A stretch of DNA of 64,000 bases from Bacteriovoracaceae bacterium UBA4096 (GTDB lineage: Bacteria > Bdellovibrionota > Bacteriovoracia > Bacteriovoracales > Bacteriovoracaceae). Every line of letters begins with the position of its first letter. Position 1 is the stretch's first letter. Under the pieces are notes generated by a model. That model was not told the DNA's origin. It ran no database searches and worked only from the letters and a program-made list of their open reading frames with translations. The stretch covers positions 24,824 to 88,823 of the forward strand of contig DFXY01000004.1 of NCBI GenBank assembly GCA_002381945.1. Reading direction: 5' to 3'. Positions 53,449 through 62,137 of the stretch are shown here, piece by piece. A program made the position numbers and the translations under genes.

Positions 53449-54486
53449 CTAGAAAGAAATCCCCAAGGAAGTAACGAGTAAACCATCCCAACGGCTTAAG
53501 GCCCTCCTCCTCTCAGGGAAGATTCCGTCCTTTGAATAAAAGCTTCTTACCTCGCTTCTCCAGTTCGTGTCTTTTGACAAGTTGCGATCAAAGTTTGCTG
53601 AAGCGCTTACTACTTGAAACCCATTGCTTGAATCAGTAAGGATGTTTGATTGATGTCGGTCGAGATAGTACTCAACTCTGTAACCCATGTCAGAAAATGC
53701 ATTTAACTTCTGCCCAATAATAAGACTTGTTGCATACCAGCTATTGATGCCGTTGTTTTCTAATTGGGACTGGGTTCCTACATCAAAGGAGCTCTGCAGG
53801 GTCCAGACGTCATCCAATTTTCTCTCGTATATAAAATTATGATAAGAGCGAAACCGACTTTTTGAAGTTGTGACTTTCTCATCCCCAAAAAAATTATTAT
53901 AGGTAAATGAGGAGTTCTGATACTTCATCCCTATTGCCTTACTGGTATTATTCTCTTGAATGTTTTGCCATCCATTTAAAATATGTAACTGAAAAACTTT
54001 TTGTTCATTTATTAGATATTCAAATCGAACTCCCGAAGCATAATAAGGAACATTGTCCGCATTTAGAGATCTGGTGTAGTTAATATTATTCTTTGAAATA
54101 AAGGATTCAATTCCAATATGAGAAAAAAATATTCCTGCATCTATCCAGAGTTTTTCACTTAACTTTATTCCACCGTAGGCTTCTTGAATTGTTTGTAAGA
54201 TTTTATTATTCTCCGCTACATAGTTTCTGTCCACAGATGTACCATACTGCAAGGCCAGACGCCCTCGTCTCTCTGGTTCTTTTAAGAAAGCTTCAATGAA
54301 ACCTAGATTGAGATTAAACTCATTGTGTTTTGCTGGTTGAGTTTGAAAGCTCGCTCTTTCCCGACTTGAGGGATTGTTTGAATCTAAAGCATAATAATAA
54401 TCAATAAAAGAACCTAGACTTAAAGTAGATGACGATTCTGCAAAGATTGAAAATGTTACCAATATACCAATAAGTAGTTTTTTCAT
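53449..54486 (-). CDS. Putative outer-membrane beta-barrel porin
   Basis: 345 aa with a signal peptide. Alternating beta-strand pattern, aromatic girdle residues and a C-terminal '..LGISF'. Confidence 0.55.
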   Translation of the reverse strand: MKKLLIGILVTFSIFAESSSTLSLGSFIDYYYALDSNNPSSRERASFQTQPAKHNEFNLNLGFIEAFLKEPERRGRLALQYGTSVDRNYVAENNKILQTIQEAYGGIKLSEKLWIDAGIFFSHIGIESFISKNNINYTRSLNADNVPYYASGVRFEYLINEQKVFQLHILNGWQNIQENNTSKAIGMKYQNSSFTYNNFFGDEKVTTSKSRFRSYHNFIYERKLDDVWTLQSSFDVGTQSQLENNGINSWYATSLIIGQKLNAFSDMGYRVEYYLDRHQSNILTDSSNGFQVVSASANFDRNLSKDTNWRSEVRSFYSKDGIFPERRRALSRWDGLLVTSLGISF

Positions 54487-54492
54487 TCCACC

Positions 54493-55791
54493 TTACAATC
54501 GGCTACCAAATGGATAAGTCTCAGGAATTTTCTTACGATCAAAGCTATAACCAAGTGGTGACAAGGCCTTCGTTTCATCCAAAAAGACTAAAGCATCATA
54601 ACGTTCTGCGATTGAACTTGGAACATAGTTCCCACGCTCATACTCAGGATAATATACAACTCCAATAGCACGGTGACCGCGGTAATCCAGTAAGGCAGAT
54701 CCTTTTTCAACATTACCGAAGGTAACGTAATAGTTTTCATGCCCCACCATTGGAATACAATCATGCAGGTGACTTTCAATACTGCCGGTTTTCCCCATAG
54801 GTACTTCCATGACTTCAATTATTCCGTCCCAGGCATGGGAAGCTATAACTGAACCGGTGTAAGTCGTGAATCCAACTAAGGCCACTTGTTCCCTTCCAAA
54901 TTTTTCTCGTGCAAGGCCGCCAAGATTTACTTCTCCCCTTAAGGCCATGTCAGTTGCCCGGTAATCTCCGATGTGGGTATTGTGGGCCCAGACAATGCCT
55001 TTTGAAGAAGGACCGTAGTGTTTTAAAAGGTTCTCCAAGGTATCCATCATATGTTTATCCCGGATATTCCAGGAGTTTTCATTGCCATTTAAAACTACTG
55101 CTCGGTAGTATCTTTCAGCATTTTGTATGATACGTGCATTTTGGGCCATATCAAAATACTCATCAGCAGAATCAAGACCATTGACTAGTATCTCTTCTAG
55201 CGCCATCCTCACTTCTCTTTCACATCCCTGAGGAAACTTAAACAAGGAACTCGCATAGGCCCTTTCATCATGCCGAAACGGATCAAAACAGGAGTAATAT
55301 TCTTGTGCTTTTCGAGCAAGTGCAGGATCAGCTTTTTTTAAACAGTGAATGATCTCATCAATCGATTCATAAAGTGAATATACATCAAGACCATGAAATC
55401 CAATTTTCCTGGATGAGCTGGCATTCCATTCTACTAACCAGTCCATTAATTTTACCATTTCTTGATTTCCCCACATCCAGGTGGGCCATCGGGAAAAGTT
55501 ACCTAGAGTTTCAAAGGAACTTTTAGCAGAAGGTTCTTGAATGTGTTTATTGACAGCTTCACAGGCAGGCCAATCTCCTTCGACTGCAATGAAACTAAAA
55601 CCATGGTTTTGAATAAGCTCAGCACTGATTAAACTTCGCCATTCATAAAACTCTCTGGTGCCATGAGTGGATTCACCTAGCATCACCACCTGTTTATCTT
55701 TAAGTGACTTGATTAGTGGACTAAAATCATCCATATCCACAAAAGGAACGCTTCGTTTCACAATTTCATTATTAAGGCTTGAATTATCCAT
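54493..55791 (-). CDS. Erythromycin esterase (Ere/ChaN-like) family protein
   Basis: 'VVMLGESTHGTREFYEWR' is the family N-terminal signature. 'WAHNTHIGD' follows later. ATG at 55791 with an AGAGAGGA RBS is preferred; the listed ORF extends to 55854. Confidence 0.75.
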   Translation of the reverse strand: MDNSSLNNEIVKRSVPFVDMDDFSPLIKSLKDKQVVMLGESTHGTREFYEWRSLISAELIQNHGFSFIAVEGDWPACEAVNKHIQEPSAKSSFETLGNFSRWPTWMWGNQEMVKLMDWLVEWNASSSRKIGFHGLDVYSLYESIDEIIHCLKKADPALARKAQEYYSCFDPFRHDERAYASSLFKFPQGCEREVRMALEEILVNGLDSADEYFDMAQNARIIQNAERYYRAVVLNGNENSWNIRDKHMMDTLENLLKHYGPSSKGIVWAHNTHIGDYRATDMALRGEVNLGGLAREKFGREQVALVGFTTYTGSVIASHAWDGIIEVMEVPMGKTGSIESHLHDCIPMVGHENYYVTFGNVEKGSALLDYRGHRAIGVVYYPEYERGNYVPSSIAERYDALVFLDETKALSPLGYSFDRKKIPETYPFGSRL

Positions 55792-55872
55792 ATCATCCTC
55801 TCTTAAGAAGGAAGCATAGGACCCTATACATTGTTTGAGTATGGGGAGGAACATAATTAAGGCAGGATTAAT

Positions 55873-56427
55873 TTAAGAGTTACTCTGTGCGTCTGATATT
55901 TTTTGTCTCTGAAAATATAAACCACCTAATACGGCAGTTACGGAAACTAAAGTGCTGGCGATGGTGATAAGTATAAAAGGTAGAGAAAATTTGTAATCAA
56001 TAATGTGGATGGCCACGATGAATGCCAATCCTAAAAAACCCAGTTTTAGAGCGTTTCCTTTTGAAGCATTCACTATGACTAACTTGAATAAAGAATAGAA
56101 CAAGGGGATAAATATTGCAGCATTCAAATAAGAGGTTTTCAAAGGGTTCAAATCATCAAATTCCCCTAATATAGGTGATACTGCATATAGAGGCAGAAGG
56201 TATATTTTGAGCACAATAGATGAGTCTGAAAGAAAAGATTCTATTTCATTTTCAACCACTTTCTTTTTCTTATCCTTTAAGAAAGGAAGATAGCAAAATA
56301 AAAAAACGGCATAGAAATCATTAAGTACAATCACCCAAAAAAAATTTGAATCAAAAATAGAAGATATAGCAAGATAGAGGCCAGTGACTAATAAGTGTGC
56401 CCAAAATCCATGATTTAAATAATTCAT
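55873..56427 (-). CDS. Polytopic membrane protein, unknown function
   Basis: 184 aa with 5-6 TM helices. 4-nt gap after the receiver gene. Confidence 0.55.
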   Translation of the reverse strand: MNYLNHGFWAHLLVTGLYLAISSIFDSNFFWVIVLNDFYAVFLFCYLPFLKDKKKKVVENEIESFLSDSSIVLKIYLLPLYAVSPILGEFDDLNPLKTSYLNAAIFIPLFYSLFKLVIVNASKGNALKLGFLGLAFIVAIHIIDYKFSLPFILITIASTLVSVTAVLGGLYFQRQKISDAQSNS

Positions 56428-56431
56428 ATCT

Positions 56432-56800
56432 TTATTCTAAATCAAAAAGTTTATGATTCTTAATAATTTCTAAGAGTGTATCGATCTGCTTATCCTCAAT
56501 ATAATAAGCATTTGTGATTTCATGGATGTCAGCGGCATAGGTGTCGGGTCCATTGAGCTCGGCTGAAAAGTAGATGATGGGGATCAGGGAATTTTCTTTT
56601 CGAATCATCTTTCCGAATTCAATACCATTGGGGTGAGGCATATGGATATCAGAGATAATGAGATCAAAGGTTTTAGTTTGAAACATTTTAAAAGCTGAAT
56701 AACTATTGAGGGCCTTAGACATTTGATAACCACTTTCAGTTAAGACTGTTTCTAGCAGCTCTAACATCCACATGTCGTCATCTAAGACAAGTATATTCAT
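56432..56800 (-). CDS. Stand-alone response regulator receiver
   Basis: 122 aa. 'ILVLDDD' and phospho-acceptor 'LIISDIHMP'. 4-nt overlap with the MerR gene. Confidence 0.8.
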   Translation of the reverse strand: MNILVLDDDMWMLELLETVLTESGYQMSKALNSYSAFKMFQTKTFDLIISDIHMPHPNGIEFGKMIRKENSLIPIIYFSAELNGPDTYAADIHEITNAYYIEDKQIDTLLEIIKNHKLFDLE

Positions 56801-57219
56801 AGATATTTATTTGGATTATTTTCGATTTTTTTTATGATAGGGCATTTTTTCGCCTTATTTTCTTCACATTCATTGATGAACTTCTTAAGGCTTTTTTCGA
56901 TCCCTTTGAACTTTTCAATTTTTGATTTTACGCTATCAAGTTTTTCTACGGCCTTCATTTTAACCTTTTCACAATTGCCGGTAGCTTCACACCTTAAGAT
57001 GAGCAATTCTTTGATTTCTTCCAGATGAAAGCTGAGTTCCTGAGCGTATTTTATAAAATGCAGAATCTTTAAGGATTCATCATCATAGAGACGTGTTTTT
57101 TTTGAGTCTTTGCGCGATTTAGGTAAAAGTAACTTAATTCTTTCGTAATAACGAATCGTCTGTATGCTTACCTGAGCTCTTTCCGCAAGCGTCCCTATTT
57201 GATACAATTCTTCTTTCAT
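56797..57219 (-). CDS. MerR family transcriptional regulator with C-terminal Cys pairs
   Basis: HTH 'YQIGTLAERAQVSIQTIRYYERIKLL'. Dimerisation helix. Cys in 'LRCEATGNCEKV' and 'NECEENKAKKCPI'. ATG at 57219 is preferred over the TTG at 57234. Confidence 0.8.
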   Translation of the reverse strand: MKEELYQIGTLAERAQVSIQTIRYYERIKLLLPKSRKDSKKTRLYDDESLKILHFIKYAQELSFHLEEIKELLILRCEATGNCEKVKMKAVEKLDSVKSKIEKFKGIEKSLKKFINECEENKAKKCPIIKKIENNPNKYL

Positions 57220-57233
57220 GCAAAAAGTATACA

Positions 57234-57253
57234 ACCTATACTGTGGTATAGAT
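57234..57253 (-). promoter_or_regulatory. Dyad ACCTATAC-TGTG-GTATAGAT immediately upstream of the MerR gene
   Basis: 7/8-bp arms (perfect core CTATAC/GTATAG), 15-34 nt upstream of the ATG at 57219. Confidence 0.3.
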
Positions 57254-57411
57254 GCAACTGTTTAATTAAAATTATTTACCATCACCAGCGATCTTCAGAA
57301 TGCATTAAGTTTAAATTAAACAAAGACAGAGCATTCAAATATAACTTTATTCCGGCCAAAAAATTCACGTGACAGCTGATTAGCTTTTCCTTAAGGCATA
57401 AAATAGCAGAC

Positions 57412-57765
57412 ATGAAAATATTAGTGATCTTAATAAGCTTTTCACTACCGGCCTTGGCACAAACAACAAAAGATTGTGGAACGGATTATGCCTGCTTCTA
57501 CGATCAAAAGGCCCGCTTGATCGAGCAGGATCGAAAAAAACAACGTGAAGCATTGGAAGAATACCGAAATCAACAACTTCAACTCCAACGTCTGCAATTA
57601 GAGGAGATTCAAGAACAAAATGCCATGTTGGAAGAGCAGCTGCAAGAACTTAATGCCCGACAGGAAAAATTTGAAGAAAAGCAAAAAGAATTATTAAATG
57701 AATTAAAAGAAAATACACAAGTTAAACGACCTAAAGAAAAAAAAGCGATACAAAGGGATGAATGA
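57412..57765 (+). CDS. Secreted coiled-coil protein
   Basis: 117 aa with a signal peptide, then a Gln/Glu/Leu heptad-rich region. 4-nt overlap with the next gene. Confidence 0.55.
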   Translation: MKILVILISFSLPALAQTTKDCGTDYACFYDQKARLIEQDRKKQREALEEYRNQQLQLQRLQLEEIQEQNAMLEEQLQELNARQEKFEEKQKELLNELKENTQVKRPKEKKAIQRDE

Positions 57766-58880
57766 AGAAATATCTGTCGGGCCTTGTCGTAACTTTTACT
57801 TTCTTAATGGCCATCTCTTACTTCTATGCCTGGTCACGGTTAGCTCAAAACTTCCTTTCAAGTCTCCTTCTGGCACTCCCCTTTATTTTGGTTTGGCTGA
57901 TTCCCGTCCGCTTCTGGAGCACTGACCGTAGCTCATACAGCAAGCTCGATCATGCCTTACACATCTCGGGATATGTGAGTATGGGATTGGTGAATTTTTT
58001 AATTATGTCACTTATATTAACTGATCTTACCTTATATATTTTCAAGCTTAGTTTCATAGAAAAATATCATACCCCTATTGTCTTCGGGCTCACTTTCCTA
58101 TCTTTAGCTTTAGGACTGATCCGTGCCCACTTTGGTCCCGCAGTTAAGGAAATTGAGCTTAATTTTAAAGATTTTCCCTCTGAGCTAAGAGGACTTAAAA
58201 TCGTTCAGATTACAGATCTTCATGTGGGACCTACGTTAAAAAGAAATTATGTTGAAAAAGTTGTTGAAAAGACTATCAAACTCAATCCCGACCTCATCGT
58301 TTTGACCGGAGATATTGTGGATGGGAAAGTACCCCATTTGAAAAATGATGTAGAACCTCTCAGAAGACTTGCCAGTACTGGTAAAGCTTATTTTGTTATG
58401 GGAAATCATGACTATTATTCTGGAGCTGAGGAGTGGATCAGCTATTTTCAGAAGATGGGAATGAAGGTTCTTCTAAACACCCATGACCTGGTTTCCTTTC
58501 AGGGAATGAAGCTACTCTTGGCAGGGGTTACGGATCCAGCTGCCTCAATTGCCAGACATCCAAGACCCAACCCCAAGGAAGCGATGGCCAAGCACTATCA
58601 GGGTAAAAGTGGAGAGGCCTTATTCAAAATCTTACTTGCCCATAATCCTAAGCTGGCAGCACTTGGTTCAGAAGCTGGTTTTGATCTTATGCTGTCAGGT
58701 CACACTCATGCCGGCCAATTCTTTCCATGGACTCTGATCGTAAAGAATGTTCATAGACCTCATTACTGGGGATTATCCAAGGAAGGAAACATGCATGTCT
58801 ATGTGAGTGCCGGGACCGGTACCTGGGGACCACCCATACGACTTGGAACTCGTACTGAATTAACCTTAATAAAACTTTAG
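57762..58880 (+). CDS. Membrane-anchored metallophosphoesterase (calcineurin-like)
   Basis: 372 aa with 4 N-terminal TM helices. Motifs 'DLHVG', 'GDIVDG', 'GNHDY' and 'GHTHAG'. Confidence 0.85.
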   Translation: MKKYLSGLVVTFTFLMAISYFYAWSRLAQNFLSSLLLALPFILVWLIPVRFWSTDRSSYSKLDHALHISGYVSMGLVNFLIMSLILTDLTLYIFKLSFIEKYHTPIVFGLTFLSLALGLIRAHFGPAVKEIELNFKDFPSELRGLKIVQITDLHVGPTLKRNYVEKVVEKTIKLNPDLIVLTGDIVDGKVPHLKNDVEPLRRLASTGKAYFVMGNHDYYSGAEEWISYFQKMGMKVLLNTHDLVSFQGMKLLLAGVTDPAASIARHPRPNPKEAMAKHYQGKSGEALFKILLAHNPKLAALGSEAGFDLMLSGHTHAGQFFPWTLIVKNVHRPHYWGLSKEGNMHVYVSAGTGTWGPPIRLGTRTELTLIKL

Positions 58881-58936
58881 AAGGGTAAAAATTACAAATG
58901 GGGGGTATACCTTTTTAGCCAATGATAATAAGGGCC

Positions 58937-60940
58937 ATGAATAATAAAACAACCCTTCTTGCTCTAGCGCTAGTATCAACCCTATTTCTTAGTTTTGCGG
59001 CAACTGCCTCATCTTTCCACAATAAAATTTTGAAGATAGAAGGGAAAAGCTCACTATATGGGCATTACCAAGGTGAATTAGAAATCAGGACTATTGATAG
59101 AAAAATCCTGGCCACAAAAGTTTTCACATATCAAGACTATCAGTTTGAAAACCTAATCGTCCAAGAAGTATGGACGGGGGAAGCGACTGAATCAGATAAT
59201 CAATTGATTATTACCTACAAGATAAAACAAGCAGACATTTTTAAATCGGCCGAAGGCCATACCAGAAATCCTGAAATGTTTAAAAAAGACATACTCATTG
59301 AGCAAAGAATTAATAATAAGCATCAAGATAGTTTTTCCCGTGGATCAGAGAGGTTCCAGGAAAGAATCATAGGATCGAGTGAACTAAGCGCCGGGCCTCT
59401 ATGGAAGAATCAAAGAACAAGCACCATCTCCTATGGCAAGGAAAGTTCACTTCTCATCAAGGTAGCGGCCGGACTGATTGATATGAAAGTTTTTAAGTGG
59501 TATCACGCGGCACCTGAAGTTAAGGCCTATGGGCATCGGAAAGAATTTAAATCTAAGAACCAATATTTTGTTTTTGACCCAACCGATTATGATTTTTATC
59601 AAAAAAATCCCACAATCCTAAGAGTGGTGAATAAAGTTCCTGACACCATTTCTCTCGTTGAAGACATTCAAAGAAGAAATGCTTATGCCCCCTCTCTTTC
59701 AGATAAGATGAAGCACTTTGAACATCAAATGAAGAACTATCATATAAATGAACTTGGGCAGTATTCGACGGCGCAATTTGATAAGGATGGCCGCTTCATT
59801 GGTTATATCATGGTAGGTGATGGGACTTTATGGACTGGTATGTACCTTGCCTCACAGGCAATGCGCTATCAGGCCACTCAGGAAAAAGAAGCTTTAGAGA
59901 ATGTGAAAAAATCATTAAAAGGGTTAATGCTTTTAATGGATATTACCGGAGATCCAAAAGTCTTTGCCCGCAATGCGGCCTATGATGATGGAACAATCCC
60001 TTTAGGTGAAGACTACCGATTAGGAGCAGGAATACATAAGGATAAAGTCTGGCGGGTCAAAGGCAACAACGACATGTTTAAAGGTTTAATTCATGGCTTT
60101 ATCTGGAGTTATATTGTTCTACCAGACTCAGAGCGTGAACTAAGGAATGAATTACTCACGCATATGAAAGGTATCTCGAAATTATCAGTAGCAGAAGAAA
60201 AACTTAATAAAATCCCCGCCTATGGTCTTCGAGCACTTGCTACAAATTCAAAACAAGATAAAAAAGATTTTATTAAAAACTTCAAACTCACAAACATGGG
60301 AAGAAAGCTCACCAATATTGAAGGCAGTACATATCTCGGAGGAATTGCTGACTGGAGTGGAATTAATTTATCCATGGTTAGTACCATTACAAATATTTTA
60401 ATCGCCAAGAATTTGAAGGAAAAGGAAATATACCATGAATCAATGAGAAGTCTCATGCTTCAGTGGAAAGATATGGCCGATGCCAGAAGAGATCTCTTAA
60501 CGATGGCGGCCTATCAATTTGCCTTAAAAGAAGGATTTGATCTTGATGATGCTGATGAAATTAATGATGGCCTTTCAAAGAACGATCTTAAAAAACTCTG
60601 GAAAAAGACTTTAACTCAATCTATCTGGAGTTTACGGGAAATACCTATTCACAGATCAAGATATGATATTAGCTATGATTATTCTCTGAAACCCGATTGG
60701 AGTCTTTCCTGGTGGCCAAAACTTCCATGGAAATCAGTAAAAGAAAAACAGGCCATCGAATACCATATGCAGGGAGCTTACTCTTATCCCTTTTTTGAAA
60801 GCAAGGGCATTGGAAGCAATTTTGTCTGGAAAGATCAGCCTTTTAACTACAAAGGTAGTAGCGAAAAATTCCGCAAAGACCCGGGTGCCGATTTTCTGTA
60901 TACTTATTGGGTGGCCAGACTTGCGGGTCTGGTTCAATAA
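58937..60940 (+). CDS. Large secreted hypothetical protein
   Basis: ATG at 58937 gives the signal peptide MNNKTTLLALALVSTLFLSFAATA. About 667 aa. The helical C-terminal half ('LWTGMYLASQAMRYQ') suggests an alpha/alpha-toroid-like fold. No catalytic motif recognised. Confidence 0.6.
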   Translation: MNNKTTLLALALVSTLFLSFAATASSFHNKILKIEGKSSLYGHYQGELEIRTIDRKILATKVFTYQDYQFENLIVQEVWTGEATESDNQLIITYKIKQADIFKSAEGHTRNPEMFKKDILIEQRINNKHQDSFSRGSERFQERIIGSSELSAGPLWKNQRTSTISYGKESSLLIKVAAGLIDMKVFKWYHAAPEVKAYGHRKEFKSKNQYFVFDPTDYDFYQKNPTILRVVNKVPDTISLVEDIQRRNAYAPSLSDKMKHFEHQMKNYHINELGQYSTAQFDKDGRFIGYIMVGDGTLWTGMYLASQAMRYQATQEKEALENVKKSLKGLMLLMDITGDPKVFARNAAYDDGTIPLGEDYRLGAGIHKDKVWRVKGNNDMFKGLIHGFIWSYIVLPDSERELRNELLTHMKGISKLSVAEEKLNKIPAYGLRALATNSKQDKKDFIKNFKLTNMGRKLTNIEGSTYLGGIADWSGINLSMVSTITNILIAKNLKEKEIYHESMRSLMLQWKDMADARRDLLTMAAYQFALKEGFDLDDADEINDGLSKNDLKKLWKKTLTQSIWSLREIPIHRSRYDISYDYSLKPDWSLSWWPKLPWKSVKEKQAIEYHMQGAYSYPFFESKGIGSNFVWKDQPFNYKGSSEKFRKDPGADFLYTYWVARLAGLVQ

Positions 60941-61136
60941 AATTCCATTTTTAATTTCTTCCATTCCTAATCTATAAACCTTGTAAGAATGTGGATTTGA
61001 AGTACATTTCAAAATCCGCTGTAATATTCAGTATTTCCTTCCTACACATAGGTAAATCTTCTCCATCTTCAGAACAAAAATGCTCTGTGGGAGGATCACA
61101 AGCGTTCAAAGAAGAATTTTTTACCAAGGAAGGTAC

Positions 61137-61856
61137 ATGAAAAGAATGCTTGCGATTTTTCTGCTGATGTCGCTCATGACAGTGGCATGTAACAAAGATG
61201 GAACACCAACAGACGATCCCACTCAAACAACTGATGGAACAACAGTTGATGGCTCGGAAGATACAACAGATCCAACAGACTCAACCGATCCGGATTCCGA
61301 CACTGATTCTGATCCGGTGACTGAAGTACCGGCCCCCATTTCAACTTTGCCTGCACAGGCCCTAAGTTTCTCAACAAATGTGTACTTGTATAGTCCAACA
61401 ACCTATCAGGAAGATAAATACGATGAGGCCGTGGCCTTAGTTAAAAAAGTGGTGGGAACTGAAGCTTTCAGAAAGGCCGTGTTAAACCACACTTATAGCG
61501 GCTCAAAACAATACGCCAACAATAACGGTTTAACCAATGCTCAGATCTACCAATCAATTCTGGATGCTGCAGAGAAACTTACTCCATCTAAGAACAACAG
61601 GATGGATGTAGGAGTTAAATTTTACTACACAAACAACAGTGTCGTTGGTTACACCAATGGCTCCATTACTTATATCAATGTGAATACCAAGTATTTTAAT
61701 GGATATGATATCAATGAAGTTGCCGGAAATCTGTTTCACGAATGGCTTCACAAGTTGGGTTATGGGCATGATTCTACCGCCACTACCAGAAGACCATACT
61801 CAGTTCCGTATGCAGTAGGTTACATGATCAGAAATCTGGGTAAGAACTTTCTATAA
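61137..61856 (+). CDS. Lipoprotein with Asp/Thr/Pro-rich linker and C-terminal metzincin-like motif
   Basis: ATG at 61137 with an AAGGAAGG RBS. Lipobox 'TVAC'. 'HEWLHKLGYGHD' matches HExxHxxGxxH/D. Confidence 0.6.
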   Translation: MKRMLAIFLLMSLMTVACNKDGTPTDDPTQTTDGTTVDGSEDTTDPTDSTDPDSDTDSDPVTEVPAPISTLPAQALSFSTNVYLYSPTTYQEDKYDEAVALVKKVVGTEAFRKAVLNHTYSGSKQYANNNGLTNAQIYQSILDAAEKLTPSKNNRMDVGVKFYYTNNSVVGYTNGSITYINVNTKYFNGYDINEVAGNLFHEWLHKLGYGHDSTATTRRPYSVPYAVGYMIRNLGKNFL

Positions 61857-61871
61857 CTAAAAGGAAACATA

Positions 61872-62126
61872 ATGAAAAATATAATTCTAATGACAGGACT
61901 ACTTTTAAGCTTTCAGGCCTTTGCAGACATTGAATACGTTGAGGACAACCAGGCCAAACCAACTGAGACTGAGATCAGTAAAAACCGTGCCTGCTTTCAG
62001 GAGCTCGAAAGACAAGGTTGTGGAGACCCCGGTGACGATCCTCAGCAGTTTCGCTCTTGCATGAGTAACGTCTACTCAAGTTTAACTACGGATTGCAAAG
62101 AATTAATGACGAAGCTCTACCGGTAA
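61872..62126 (+). CDS. Small secreted 4-Cys protein
   Basis: 84 aa with signal peptide ..SFQAFA. Contains 'ACFQELERQGCGDP...FRSCMS...TDCKELM'. Confidence 0.5.
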   Translation: MKNIILMTGLLLSFQAFADIEYVEDNQAKPTETEISKNRACFQELERQGCGDPGDDPQQFRSCMSNVYSSLTTDCKELMTKLYR

Positions 62127-62137
62127 GAAAAAAATTT

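Noticed and set aside
60972-61226. 84-aa minus-strand ORF spanning the intergenic region and the 5' end of the lipoprotein gene.
   Set aside because: It overlaps the RBS and signal-peptide region of the better-supported plus-strand gene (ATG at 61137). It has no RBS and an odd Cys/His-rich, low-complexity translation.
61200-61330. Repetitive-looking Asp/Thr/Pro-coding stretch, considered as a possible DNA tandem repeat or array.
   Set aside because: I found no exact DNA repeat unit. It is a low-complexity linker inside an open reading frame.
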